Positions 12,571 to 26,762 of a stretch of DNA of 64,000 nucleotides are shown piece by piece (the first letter of the stretch is position 1; each line of letters begins with the position of its first letter). Made by a program: the position numbers and the translations under genes. The DNA is taken from NCBI GenBank assembly GCA_964016885.1, contig OZ024747.1, positions 91,388,001 to 91,452,000 on the forward strand. Direction: 5' to 3'. The notes under the pieces were generated by a model. The model was not told where the DNA came from. It ran no database searches and worked only from the letters and a program-made list of their open reading frames with translations. The DNA comes from Eledone cirrhosa (lineage: Eukaryota).

Positions 12571-15500
12571 TTACATAAGTATGTGTGCATATCTATGTAT
12601 ATACATGTGTATAAACGTATGTATATAGAGAGCGAGGAAGAGAGAAGGAGAGAGAAAAAGAACATATTCTATAAGCTTTCTTATGTGTGCTTGAGTAGGT
12701 GAATATAATTGATACCTCTGTTAATGTCTGTATAATACACATTATTAGTTTGTATGGAAATACAATCTCCTATTTTATTATTCCCAAAGGTAAAAGATCC
12801 TATAGTGATACACCAATGAATATGGCAAGTTGTGACTCACAAGTGTAGTTGTAAATGATGTATTCCGAAACCACATTTTACATATAGTCGCTTGTGATCA
12901 CAAGGGGAATTAACATTGCTTACGTTTAACTTTGCACTAAGCGAATTTATTTAATATAATAGATTGAAGAGATTCACGAAAATCGAAGAAATTGAGCTAT
13001 GTTTTAGTCTTTCTTAGTAATAGATCTAGTGAATCACTGCATGTTGGTGTTGAAACTACGGTCATTGACCTCTCCGATGTGGAGGAACGTCTGTAGATTT
13101 CATTCTCTGCTTCTGCCACCGTGCATTTTTCTCATCGACTTTGTACCCCCCCCCCCCACACACACACACATACACACACATGTATATTCAAGCATTCTAA
13201 TACGAGTTAACCATGCATACATTTCCACCAAAGGATTATCTGTGGAACATTTTCATCAAAACCTCCGTCAATGTGCAGACTTAATGTCTGAGTTATTTAA
13301 AACAGAAAAAGTAGTGTATCTATATCTATAGAAGTCAAAACTGTCTTCCAAAGCCCGTGGTAAAGAAAGTATTTATTGAGATCTCCTGCGAAGCATGCAG
13401 TACTCTACCCAGATTAAATTTACGTCTGAAACTATAATTATTGGAGTTTGAAATGTGGCAATCTCGAAACTTTGATGCATTCAGGCAAGGAATGTACCCA
13501 GCTAACATGCATTTTGCAAATAAATTTTTAAAGATAACCCATGAAAAGTTGTTGCAAGTGTTTCCAACATATAATTGTTTAACGCTGCTTTTTGTCTAAA
13601 TTCCAGTAATTGAGACTTGCTTTTGTTATAAACTGATCTCGTCTTTATTGGGAGAACTCAAATAACTAAAAGAGAAAAATAATATACACACATATATGCA
13701 TACTTTCCTGTATATATATATATACACAGCACGAAACAAACGTTCATATCTATGGTCAGTGTGTAAACCTACATACAGAAATGCAGACGTTGTTATAGCT
13801 AGTTTTGCCATCAAACAATATCTTTCATAATATTATGAAATGCATTTGTCTTTGATGAGAATAAGTATTCGTGAATGCTATAGTTATTTCGTAAATGAAA
13901 AGAAAAGAGAAAAGGATGAACAGTTTGAAAGCATGTAAGTGATAGTGAGAGAAAAATGAAGGAACATGACTGTAAAACAGAGCAGGAGAGAGTAAACGAT
14001 ATATATATATATATATATGGGGGGGGGGACAGTATACACCGAGTGGTAGAAGTACAGAAACACAGATAAAGAGAGAGGAAGAATAATATAAAGAGGGGAA
14101 AAGAGTCGTAGAGAGGTAGAAGAAAGAGAGAAAAGAAAGTAAAATTATATGCTTTTGGAAATGGAGGAAGTAGAAGAGAGAATATAGTGAACCAAAACGC
14201 AATTTCGTGAGAGACATACAGACATAAGAAGTGTTCGGCAGAAATAATGGTTTTGTACTGTTGCTAGTGCTGAACTTACTGCAGTTGTCACAACAATTAC
14301 GCCAAAAGCACTCTGTGTTTCTGCCTCACTGCTCACGACACAAAGACGATCCGTTATTGAAATGGTCTGCAACTAGAAGGAAGGCTACCATCAAAAAGGT
14401 GTAATGCGTAATGGTGACAACTATTTCTACTATTCCTGCTTTCTTTTTGTTCTTAATTTATGTTTTTGTATGAGTTTTGTTAGTTTTTTATTTAGTTTTC
14501 TGCTACGTTTATTTGGAAAATCATAAAACCAAAATAAGAAATGATGAAAGGAAACTAAGTAAAATGGAGAAATTTCTTGTGAAATATGAAGAAAAGAAAA
14601 AAAGCAAGAAGAGCAGATTGTGTTTGGAATACATGAACAGCGTCAATTAAGTATATGAGAAAGACATGTTGATAGTTCCACTATATAATATCACCATCAT
14701 CACCACTTGTTGGAAAAGTAGGCTGCTACTGTATTAACAGACACTATACCATTACGATTTGATTGTTTTGTATGTAACAAGCAAGTAAACAGAAATAAAA
14801 ATACTGAAACCATTGACTTGTGCAAAACTAGATCTCATCATGGAAATTCCTGGCAGAAAATCGTTTCATTTTTCCTTGTGAGAAATATTGAAGCAAAGTT
14901 AAAGGCGAACATCACAGAAATAAGGAACGACGTAATTAGAAAATAGTGATTTTTTTTTATTTGAAACTTAAACTAAATATTTGCTAGAAATGCAAATTCA
15001 AGTGTAGCAAGACTAAATAGATATTTTGGTTTGTTTACATCCTTTTAGATTTTAAGTTCGAATATTATCTACAGCGATATCACTTTTCATCACACTAAAG
15101 TTGATAGTTTTCGGTGATATATTGGAGGAAAAAACGTAGATTGATGAATTGATGTGTTATCTGACGAACAAAGGAGAGGTGGGAGGTTCATAACGTGCTA
15201 CAAGCGCCACTTAGCTGAGAATTGAACGACAGAAGGTCTAGTTCTGTGTTTTAAGCAACCGAATAATCTGCACAATAGAAATTATTTATTATATGTATGC
15301 ATATTTCAAAGTTGATCGGTCTTCCAGCGAAGGGAATGGACTAGTTTCTTAAATATTCACTTCGAAATTTTTAAAAAACATATTCGAAATATAGATATCT
15401 TTCTGAAGATTGCTGTGATCCAAATAAATATAAACCTTATATGGGATTCTCATATCAAACATTGTATATGGAAAATAAAATAAAGTAAAACCCGTTTAGT

Positions 15501-17228
15501 TGACTTCCTCCGCATTTATAAGGAAATAAATGTACCTGTCATGACGTATGATTCCTACACGAGACAAAGTTCAGTTTTCATCAAAAGTAAAATGTACTTT
15601 CTGATGTGCTTGCTCTTTTCAAATTTCTATCGATGTTGCTGAAACTGTTGCTACTGATGAAACAGTGCTTGCTTTTTATCTGTTTGCGCTGGAGTTGTTT
15701 TAATACCTTACAGTTTTTAGTAGTTGCCGATATGCAGTGGGTTCTATTCTTTAATCACCAGCTTTAACCATCTCCTTTGAAGCCATATAGTGAGCACTAA
15801 ATCCAAGAGGAATTAGTAACTGCCAGTATTCACCAGAGTCGATGCTTAAATTTCAGTCCTTATTCGGGAAAGTTTCTTTGTATATGTTTCTTTGCACTCC
15901 TATATCATAAGTCACAATGTTATACCTAACCGATGCCCACAGGCACATTGCATATCATACATTTCAGTTTTCTTCTCGAAAATAAAGGTTTACGTATGTC
16001 ATATACAAACCGGTCAACTCCACTTTGGGCTGGATGAGAGATGTCTTCTCTTGTGAAAATGGGTATAGATTTCATTATGTAAGATCTCCCCATTTTGCTT
16101 CATTTCTCCCTGATTTGGGGCCCTTTTTTTGTTCATGGTACTCCCCGTTTGGATTTTTAGAGGTTGGCAGTTCTGCATTCACTAACAATATATTCTGTAT
16201 CAGCCCTATGTTTTGATGGTAAATCTCAAGTAAACATACCACATGGAAATGTATATCTTGTAGAGATTTGTTTCTTAAGAAATTTACGCAGCACGAATTT
16301 CTGAAACCAGTTAAAAGAAAAGTAGCTTAAAATAGTGTGACCACATTAGATTATGTAAAATATAGTCTTTGAAGAGTTAATATAGTGATAGAAATACTCT
16401 ATTTTTCATGTTAGAATATCATTAAATCAACTAATTAGAATTATAGATAATTTAATTACGATAACATTAGTTCAATTCCCGGAGAAAGCTCGTATAACAT
16501 AGTTAGCTACAAATTGGAGCCCATAAAAGTTTAGCGTTTTAAGATAAATATTTTATTATTTTACTCTGAATTAAATTCTATTGAATATAAATTTCCAGAG
16601 AAATCAGTTTATTTTCTTGCTTAAAGTACTGTGGATTTTAAAATGTTCCTAGCTCTCTTACAGGAACAAGCATTGTAACGTTTACGTAAACAATACTTTC
16701 GTTGGGACATTTGCATACAGTTGCTGGGAGTAATGTCTTCAGATATCTAGAAGGGAAAATCATTTATAAAACCGGCTGCAAACTTGACGAAGAACTGAGC
16801 CCTTTTCAACTCGGGGATGGTGTCATAGACGGCTCCGGGTATACTGCGCATGTCATTAAACAGCTCATAGAAGACTAAATCCACATACTTACAAATCTTG
16901 CCATGAAATTCGACATAACGTAAACAGTTGAATGAATTCCTTTAGAGCATTTGTTTTAAGTCTGCTTTGTCGAGCCTACTCTCTTTTATAGAGCTGGAGA
17001 ACACAATCTGCAAGAACGAACAGCGTGTGAAGAGCTGATTCATTCAGCGTATATTCACCAACTTCCGAGGTTACGCATTCGCCATTTTCATCAGTGTGGC
17101 CATGAAGCATCTACATGGCACGCTGTATGTTTGAAAACATAGTTTGAATGAATGCATCGCCATTAAAATAGTTTCTTTAAGTCTAGCAAAAATTATCATT
17201 TTCTGATAAATAAATCGTCTCCATTATT

Positions 17229-17340
17229 TGATCCCGCCGAGGTTGACTTTGCCTTTCATCCTTATGGGATCGATAAAATAAAGTACCAGTAATGCACTGG
17301 TTAATTGCTGGCCTTGTGCCTAAAGTAGAAACAATTATTT
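17229..17340 (+). mobile_element. SINE family A, 5'-truncated
   Basis: Sequence from the B-box end through core and tail. Confidence 0.85.
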
Positions 17341-17369
17341 GAAGTATAAACAAATATTGAAACTCAGTA

Positions 17370-17534
17370 CAGGTAAAATTCCATTATAACGTTATAACGA
17401 ATACCATTATAACGAATTTTTCAGTATAACGAAATTTTTTTCAATCCAAGGCCACACGCTCTATGTGTCAGGTCGATCTCGTTATAAAGAATTTTTCGTT
17501 ACAACGTGAATTTCGTTATAACGGAATTTCACTG
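17370..17534. mobile_element. Tigger/pogo-like MITE
   Basis: TA|CAGGTAAAATTCCATTATAACG ... CGTTATAACGGAATTTCACTG|TA: imperfect TIRs, TA target duplication, internal TATAACGA repeats. Confidence 0.7.
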
Positions 17535-17842
17535 TAATATGTTGCCAGAGATGGTTAATGAGGAAAGAACAGAAGGAGATATCTAGACATGATGGTCATG
17601 GCTGAAACGACTTTCCTTATTAATCAGTTCAGGCATCGCTGTCTGTGGATAAACAACATATTATTGAGTTTCAATATTTGTTTATCTTTCAAATAATGGC
17701 GTGTGGAGGGGAAACTCGTAAGCTAGTCTTCCACAAAAACACTGCACGTATTTGTGCCTCGGAGGGAAACTTTCAATGTGCAAAACCATGGTCATTCTTG
17801 ACTGAAAGATTCCTTTACCCTTTACCCTCGCCCGACCGCCAT

Positions 17843-17928
<86 letters not shown>

Positions 17929-18079
17929 ATAATAATAAACGTGAAGACTAAAATCTGAAGAGGGCTTGATAAGGATAATATATATATCAAATATATAAAA
18001 AAGATAGAGCAATTATTTAAGTTTCAGAAGATCCCGTTAAGGTTGAAAGCAGCGAATTCTCTCTTAAAATTTAATCTTA

Positions 18080-18115
<36 letters not shown>

Positions 18116-18528
18116 AATTAATCATTATTGCAAGGTATCTATATTCAAATTTCTTGTTAATTTTTAATATGTTACCTGCGTAACTATGTGTGTTTACACT
18201 CTTTACAAATTATCCCCTGTAATTGTTTGATGTGTTTATTTTATATATATATGTCAATCCACTTTTAATTTAATGTTAATAAATGCTCGGATTTATTACC
18301 TGGAATCTTTGAGCTTATTCCGCAGGTGATATGGTGCATGTTTCTGATATTTTCAGACATCGCATCTTTAATCTAATTTTGGCAGTATAAAATAAATCAT
18401 ACACAAAACGCCAGCACCAACAGTTTTACAAGAGATGTCAACATGAATGGACCTGTTATTTTTATCTAAAGACATTTTTTCCAATTTCAACCCACCCGTC
18501 CCTTCAATCTATCTTATTTCTCATTCTT

Positions 18529-18564
18529 TCTTCTGATGAAGGACTAGCGTCCGAAACGTTAAGA
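18529..18564 (+). ncRNA. Minimal type I hammerhead (dimer type)
   Basis: TCTT CTGATGA A GGAC TAGC GTCC GAAA CGTT AAGA: stem I TCTT/AAGA, stem III reduced to the ACGT palindrome typical of PLE hammerheads. Confidence 0.7.
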
Positions 18565-18858
18565 CCCTCTTCCTGCTATATCAAGCGTTAACCTAATATA
18601 TTCCTTCCATATACGGTACCGATTGTGTTGTTATTTCTGTTTACCTTTTACATATATAGACAGACATACAGAGAGTGAGAGACAGGGCTTCTACAGGATT
18701 ATATTAAATATTTATACTCTATGTATTGAGTACCTTATTTATTGTGGTTACCCCCGTTTGAACCCGGGATAAACTTATATATATATATGTATATATATGT
18801 ATATATATATGTATATATATATGTATATATATGTATACATATATATATAATGTATATA

Positions 18859-18909
<51 letters not shown>

Positions 18910-19037
18910 GAAAAAGTATGACCCCGACGGCAGAGCTGAAGCCGTTTGACGGCTGTTTCTGGACTACTACCCAAACCCAAAGTATTGAGTACTCTGGTGC
19001 GTTATGGTCCATTTGGTTCCTTACCACAATTCCTTTG

Positions 19038-19168
<131 letters not shown>

Positions 19169-20177
19169 TAAAAGGCAAACAGAAATAACAAAGTAAACGA
19201 CACAGTACAATGAAGAAATATATTTAATAATATATTTTCCGCATGCTAAAGTAGGAAAAGTCTTAACGTTTCGGATGTTACACACACACCACACTACATA
19301 TATATATAAAGTAATATAATATATATGATCTGTATGTGTCTATGTATACGTTTACTTTTAAACATTGTTGATAAGGTGCGAAAACGAACGACTGAGTAAA
19401 AAGAAAATGGACTTACAGTCTACTTTCTCGATATTTACTTTTATATTCATCCCATGTATCAACGTAATATCAGTTTGCAATGTAAACATATCGAATCTAA
19501 AATTCAATTAACATCTTGCAAAATCTAGGGTTCATTTCCAACTAACAATACAAATGAGATACAAGTAGCTCGATATTTATATATATTAAACAGTCGTTAA
19601 ATTGCTTATATTTATGACAGACAATATAACAAACCGAGGTAATTGACACTAAATCAAATATCGTAATTTTGTGCATACTTTAATTTTATTCAAACAGAAG
19701 GATTTAACTTTCATTATGATTTTCTTCAAATGGAAGCAAATTTATTTTCTTCATTAACTATTTGTATTTTATCAGCACAAACTGGTCCATGTACCATGTG
19801 AAGTATTATCATCAGAGCCGGTTGTTGGAGATTTACAGCCCTATTCTACCGTTACAACGTGTAGCATCTTCACCCAGCCGTCTCCAAAATAAAATAATTT
19901 CAACTTTCAATTTCGTAAGCTGACGAACTTAGTTTTGATGACACAGAGAAAATACATACGTTTGCATTTTTTACTATGCAGTACACACTCACGCACGCTA
20001 AATCATTTGGCTAGTTATATCTTACAAACCTCTCCATCGATTGGGATATTTCTACAATATAATGATCTATTTAATGATTTATTTATTGATCGGAGGAAAT
20101 TATATATTTGATTATAAAATTTCATGTAAAACTGTGATACATTAAGTTTCAACAATACACCTTCCAGTGACATATTA

Positions 20178-20360
20178 TTGGCAGTATCGGTAGAGGGTCT
20201 GACGCTATGCTTTGCAGCATAGAGTTACGCCCCTTTACGGTCTGAGTTCAAATCACGCCTAGGTTAACTTTACCTTTCATCCTTACTGGGTCGATAAAAT
20301 AAAGTACCAGTAATGCACTCTGGGTAATTGCTGTCCTTGTGCCAAAAGTAGAAAATTATT
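20178..20360 (+). mobile_element. SINE family A copy
   Basis: Full head, core and tail. Confidence 0.9.
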
Positions 20361-20445
20361 TCAGAAAGATTTACAACCAAAACTCTCAATAAGTTAGTTT
20401 GAGTCTCTCTCTCTCTCTATATATATATATATGTATATATATATA

Positions 20446-21339
20446 CGAGGTGGGTCAGAAACGTTCCAGGACTGATGTCACAAAAGATTTATTTCAAACC
20501 CAAATTCACACTAAAAGTTTTCTCCTTCAAAGTAATCCCCCTGGAGTATGTAGCTGTAATCTTAGCTCTCTGCAGCGATCAAACCTTTTTCTTCATAATT
20601 TTATATACATGTCCTCTGTTTCAGGTCGTCAAGCAATGAGCACAGAGCAGCGAACAAACTTGAAAACTCCGTCAGAAGCACTGGGATTGCTGCAGCAAGT
20701 GTACGGAGATGAGACGATGTCACACTCACGTGTTTTTGAGTGGTGTAAGAGGTTTAAAGAAGGATACGAGGACGTGGAAGATGACCCCAGGAGCGGAAGG
20801 CCCTCAACAACCAGGACGGAGGTCAGCGTTGAGTGCGTCAGGCAGATGGTGCGTAGCGATCGTCGGCTGACTGTTCGACTAATGGCAAATGAGCTGGGCA
20901 TGAATTGGGACAGCGTCTGGAAGATTCTCACTGAAGATTTGGACATGCAGAAAGTCTGCGCGAAGATGTTGCCAAAACTGCTGAACGATGACCAGAAGGG
21001 TCGACGCATGCAAGTGTGCCAGGACATCCTCGAGCATCTTGAAACCGAACCAGACTTGCTAGGGACAGTCATCACCGGTGATGAGTCATGGATCTTCGAG
21101 TACGACCCGGAGGGGATCCGTTTTGAAGACGTGGACGACATCAAAAATGCCGTGACAACGGAACTGTGGAGGATCCCGGGAGAATCCTTCCAGGAGTGCA
21201 TTCAAGCATGGCAGAAAACGATGGACAAGTGCATTAGACTCCAGGGGATTACTTTGAAGGAGAAAACTCTTAGTGTGATGTTTGGATTTGAAATAAATCT
21301 TTTGAGACGTCAGTCCTGGACCTTTTCTGACCCACCTCG
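20446..21339 (+). mobile_element. Mariner DNA transposon, internally deleted
   Basis: TIRs CGAGGTGGGTCAGAAACGTTCCAGGACTGA / TCAGTCCTGGACCTTTTCTGACCCACCTCG, flanked by TA on both sides. Confidence 0.95.
20636..21273 (+). pseudogene. Mariner transposase pseudogene: HTH domains and first catalytic D retained
   Basis: VFEWCKRFKEG.EDVEDDPRSGRP, DRRLTVR, KVCAKMLPKLL, ITGDESWIFEYDPE joined directly to GIRFEDVDDIK (core deleted at about 21112); 1-nt frameshift before DYFEG. Confidence 0.9.
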
Positions 21340-21345
21340 TATGTA

Positions 21346-21492
21346 AGAGCTCCTTTGCTCTTTGACAGGATTTGTTTTTAGTCCTGCAGGATGTCCAAAG
21401 TCACCCTCCTCACCAAGAATCCTTGGTGGGGTTGCCAGTTTAGTCGCCAACGACCCGACCATGAGACAGGTTGTACTAGGATACATGTTACA
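21346..21492 (-). mobile_element. 5' fragment of the RTE-derived element
   Basis: Matches 61950-62097. Confidence 0.8.
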
Positions 21493-21524
21493 TATATATA
21501 TATACATATATATATATACAAACA

Positions 21525-21604
<80 letters not shown>

Positions 21605-21675
21605 TATATACAAACATATATATGTGTGTATATATATATATATATACATATTTATATATATACAAAAATATATAT

Positions 21676-21734
<59 letters not shown>

Positions 21735-21781
21735 TATACACACACATATATATATATACAAACATATATATATATACAAAC

Positions 21782-21839
<58 letters not shown>

Positions 21840-21847
21840 TCCGTTTA

Positions 21848-21935
<88 letters not shown>

Positions 21936-22349
21936 CAAGCGTGCGTCACACGATTATTTCTTTCTTATCCCATCAATATTTTCTATTCCTTGTGATTACT
22001 TTTTCTTACAGTTTTCAGTTGATTCTTGCTTTGTTTCTCACCCTATTTTTTTATATTTTACTCGTATTGTCGTTATTCGTATTTGTCATGGTTCACAGCC
22101 ATATATAGTATGATGTGTTGTTGTTGTTGGTGGTGGTGGTATGTATGTGTTGTTGTTGTTGGTGGTGGTGGTATGTATGTGTTGTTGTTGTTGGTGGTGG
22201 TGGTATGTAGGTGTAGTTATGTTGGTGGTGGTGGTATTTAGGTGTAGTTGTTGTTGTTGGTGATGTTGTTGTCGTCATCGTTACTTGTCATATAGCTTTG
22301 ACATCAACCGAGTCAGTTATTCTTAATGTTATTGTTGAAGATATCGTCT

Positions 22350-22752
22350 TATTGTAGTAGTAGTAGTAGTATTAGTAGTAGTTGTTATTGTTGTAGTAGT
22401 AGTAGTGTTGGTGGTGGTATTAGCAGCAGTGGTAGTAGTAATTGTTGTTGTATTACTAGTAATAGTAGTGGTGGTGGTTATGGTGCTAGTAGTAGTAGCA
22501 ATAGTGGTGGTGGTAGTAGTAGTAGTAGTAATTGTTGTTGTATTAGTAGTAATAGTAGTGGTGGTGGTGGTTATGGTGCTGGTAGTAGTAGTAATAGTGG
22601 TGGTGGTAGTAGTAGTAGTAATTGTTGTTGTATTAGTAGTAATAGTAGTGGTGGTGGTTATGATGCTGGTAGTAGTAGTAATAGTGGTGGTAGTAGTAGT
22701 AGTAATTGTTGTTGTATTAGTAGTAATAGTAGTGGTGGTAGTTATGGTGCTG

Positions 22753-22794
<42 letters not shown>

Positions 22795-23013
22795 ATTGTT
22801 GTATTAGTAGTAATAGTAGTGGTGGTGGTTATGGTGGTGGTAGTAGTAGCAATAGTGGTGGTGGTGGTAGTAGCAGTAGTAGTAATTGTTGTATTAGTAG
22901 TAATAGTAGTGGTGGTGGTTATGATGCTGGTAGTAGTAGTAATAGTGGTGGTAGTAGTAGTAGTAATTGTTGTTGTATTAGTAGTAATAGTAGTGGTGGT
23001 AGTTATGGTGCTG

Positions 23014-23055
<42 letters not shown>

Positions 23056-23190
23056 ATTGTTGTATTAGTAGTAATAGTAGTGGTGGTGGTTATGGTGGTG
23101 GTAGTAGTAGCAATAGTGGTGGTGGTGGTAGTAGTAGTAGTAGTAATTGTTGTATTAGTAGTAATAGTAGTGGTGGTGGTTATGGTGCTG

Positions 23191-23232
<42 letters not shown>

Positions 23233-23262
23233 ATTGTTGTATTAGTAGTAATAGTAGTGGTG

Positions 23263-23304
<42 letters not shown>

Positions 23305-23470
23305 ATTGTTGTATTAGTAGTAATAGTAGTGGTGGTGGTATGGTGCTGGTAGTAGTAGCAATAGTGGTGGTGGTGGTAGTAGTCGTAGTAATTGTTGTGT
23401 ATTAGTAGTAATAGTAGCAATAGTGGTGGTAGTAGTAGCAATAGTGGTGGTGGTAGTAGTAGTAGTAGTG
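22350..23470. repeat. AGT/GGT/TGT-derived minisatellite, units of about 60-70 bp
   Basis: Recurring AGTAATTGTTGTATTAGTAGTAATAGTAGTGGTGGTGGTTATGGTGCTGGT blocks. Confidence 0.9.
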
Positions 23471-23729
23471 GTTGTCATTGTTGCTGCTGCTGCAGTTGGT
23501 GGTGGCGGTGGTGGTGGTGTTTTCCTATTCTTCTAGTTGACCTTGTTGAAATAACTTTTTCCCCTGTTTTTTTTTATTGTTTGTCGTAACGCCATTGCTG
23601 TTGCTTTTATTGTTGTAGTTAATGTTGATTGTACTATTCTTGTTTTTGTTCAGTCGTAGGCGATGATGGTGTTGATGTTGGTGGTGGTCATGACGATGAT
23701 GATGATGGTGTTGTTGTTGGTGGTGGTGA

Positions 23730-24335
23730 GTGATTCTGATGGTTGTGATAGTGGTTGTGGTGATGGTGATGGTCGGAGTGGTGGTGGGTGATTCTGGTGG
23801 TTGTGATAGTGGTTGTGGTGGTGGTGGTGGTGGTCGGAGTGGTGGTGGGTGGTTGTGGTGGTTGTGGTGGTTGTGATAGTGGTTGTGGTGATGGTGGTGG
23901 TCGGAGTGGTGGTGGGTGATTCTGGTGGTTGTGATAGTGGTTGTGGTGGTGGTGGTGGTGGTCGGAGTGGTGGTGGGTGGTTGTGGTGGTTGTGGTGGTT
24001 GTGATAGTGGTTGTGGTGATGGTGGTGGTCGGAGTGGTGGTGGGTGATTCTGGTGGTTGTGATAGTGGTTGTGGTGGTGGTGGTGGTGGTCGGAGTGGTG
24101 GTGGGTGGTTGTGGTGGTTGTGGTGGTTGTGATAGTGGTTGTGGTGATGGTGGTGGTGGGTGATTCTGGTGGTTGTGATAGTGGTTGTGGTGGTGGTGGT
24201 GGTGGTCGGAGTGGTGGTGGGTGGTTGTGGTGGTTGTGGTGGTTGTGTAGTGGTTGTGGTGATGGTGGTGGTCGGGGTGGTGGTGGGTGATTCTGGTGGT
24301 TGTGATAGTGGTTGTGGTGGTGGTGGTGGTGGTCG
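23730..24335. repeat. GGT-rich tandem repeat with a 128-bp period
   Basis: Identical ORF starts at 23813, 23941 and 24069; repeated GGTCGGAGTGGTGGTGGGTGATTCTGG. Confidence 0.9.
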
Positions 24336-25376
24336 GCTTGGTTGTGGGTGGATTTTGTTTTTGTGTTAGTTGTGGCGGTGGTAGTGGGGGGGTTGGGGTG
24401 GTAGTATGTGATTTGGGTTGTTGAGATGGTGTGGTGGTGTTGGCGGTGGTTGTAGTGGTAGTAGGTGACTTTTGTTGTTGAGGTGGTTTGGTGGTGTTGG
24501 CGGTGGTTGTAGTGGTAGTAGGTGATTTTGGTTGTTGAGGTGGTTTGGTGGTGTTGGCGGTGGTTGTATTGGTGGTAGGTAGTTTTGGTTGTTGAGGTGG
24601 TGTGGTGGTGTTGGCGGTGCTTGTGGTGATTTAGGTTGTGGTGGTGTTGTGGTGGTAGTGGGGGATTTTGCTGGTTGTTGTGGTGGCTGGGGTGGTAGTG
24701 GGGAATTTCGGTTGTCGTGGTGGCGTTGGTGGTGGATGTGGTGGTATTGGGTGAATTTGGTTGTTGCGGTGGTAGTGGGGTATATTTGTGGTGGTTGAGG
24801 TGGTAGTGGGGGATTTCGGTTGTTGTGGTGGTGTTGTAGTTGTGATGTTAGTGGTTGATATTGGTGGTGTTTTTGGTAGTGGTGATCACCGGAATATTGT
24901 CATTGTTACAGACAATGATATTGCTGGGAAAGGTTTGCCTCTATCTCTTGCTGTTTCTATCACTGCTAGATATCCTATCTATGTCATTACATCGGATATA
25001 TAAAGGTTTATCCGTTACCAAATACCACTTCAAAAAACAAGCTGTCAGCAGAGAATATTTTATCGTTTCCCATCTTTTTTACCCTTACTTTATCTCACAA
25101 GATGTAGTCCATCCAACAGTGATGTCGCATACTAGCTAGAACTGTTAAGGATATCATCTAGCTACTTCTTTATCTCTCCCTCTCTCTCTATATATGTGTG
25201 TGTGTATATATATATATATGTGTGTGTGTGTACATATATATATATATGTGCGTGCGTGTCTGTGTGTATCATACACACATATATATATAATTTTCATATT
25301 ACATTATCATTTCAAAAAATGTTTTATTCACAATCTTCTTATTACTTTATGTGTGTGTATGCATAATGTGTGTATG

Positions 25377-25429
<53 letters not shown>

Positions 25430-25510
25430 GATAAGCAGAACAAGTAAAATTCAATCAATTTTTCAAAATACATTAAAAAATATAATATAAATATTTACCT
25501 CTTCTAGTGG

Positions 25511-25589
25511 CCCTTACTGATCAGTTTCGCTTTGTAAAACCTCATAAATCCGATGGATTTATGATGGAAAACCAAAGCTCATCAGAGAA
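25511..25589 (-). ncRNA. Type I hammerhead with a long stem II
   Basis: TTCT CTGATGA GCTTTG..TCATAAATCC ATC GGATTTATGA..CAAAGC GAAA CTGATCAG TA AGGG; stem III is the palindrome ACTGATCAGT; GUA cleavage site. Confidence 0.75.
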
Positions 25590-26146
25590 GCATTTTCCCT
25601 TCCTAGGGCTAAACGTCCCAGGAACGACAAAATATACAACCTCCTGCCAGCTAATAAAGGTCTGAAAGGTCGTAAAATTGACCCGTATGTAAACTGGACC
25701 GAAGTAAAAGCGGGAAAATCAAAGACTTGCTGTCTACAATTACTACTAAAAAAATAGCAGCCAAGTAGAGCAAGAGGGTTGTTCTCAACGGACGGAGAAA
25801 ATATATATATATATATATACAAATAAAGATTCAGCGAGCATCGCATTTCGGCGGGCAGGAAAAGCAAAGCGAAACGCAAAAATCAGAAATGACACTGGCA
25901 AAGTGCTCCATAGTTAAAAACCAGAGCTAAACAATGTGTTAAGAGGCCATACAAAACTGAAAAGGTGGTCAAGAAGGCATTAACCACCCAAGCCAAAAAC
26001 CAAATCAAGCTAAACAGGTCAAAACAAAATAAATGATAAAAAATAAATGATAACCAGATCTGGACTCCCGGAATTGCTGTTAAAATCCGATGTAGAGTTT
26101 CTGTGACACCTAAATCAAAATACAGTCTGCTTAAAAATATAAGCTT

Positions 26147-26205
<59 letters not shown>

Positions 26206-26664
26206 GAAAGACGTAAAATATGAAAATTTTAAAACTAACTTACTTACTAACCTCAGTGTCACGTGATTGATTCTTTAGAATTTGCCACTGACCAAGTAGG
26301 CAGTGAATTTTTTCAGTGCCCTGGAATCTAGTCCCCGCTCGCTTTGTTCAATCAACTGAATTATTATTTTTATATGGGTTCCTAGTGTCCGCGCATTGCC
26401 TGGGGACTTACCTGAGAATAGACTCCCTGATGCCGTAAGGATTTCTCTATGGTTGCGTTGCATAACTATATTTATTCCCTTACAGAAACTAATTAGTTGG
26501 AGTGAAAATTTTAGTAAGTAAGTTAATTTAAAAATTTTCTTATTTTACGTCTTTCATATAATTGTTCTGCATTCCCTTGCATAGAACCACAAAGGTACTA
26601 AGACATAACATATATATTTGCTAGCATAGGTATACATCTGTATACATATGTCGGTAGATATACT

Positions 26665-26762
<98 letters not shown>

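Noticed and set aside
14145-14400. Possible exon (stop-free in several frames)
   Set aside because: No recognisable homology or convincing splice-site pair.
16990-17095. RAGEHNL (trypsin-like) and RGYAF (RRM-like) motifs on the plus strand
   Set aside because: Isolated short matches in different frames with no supporting residues.
21362-22113. YI/HT/CV-repeat ORFs here and throughout the window
   Set aside because: Translations of (TA)n and (CA)n tracts.
22326-23441. 359/370/315-aa Ser-Gly-Cys, Thr or Val-rich ORFs resembling structural proteins
   Set aside because: (AGT/GGT)n repeats confine stops to one frame, so several frames are open by construction; there is no non-repetitive domain.
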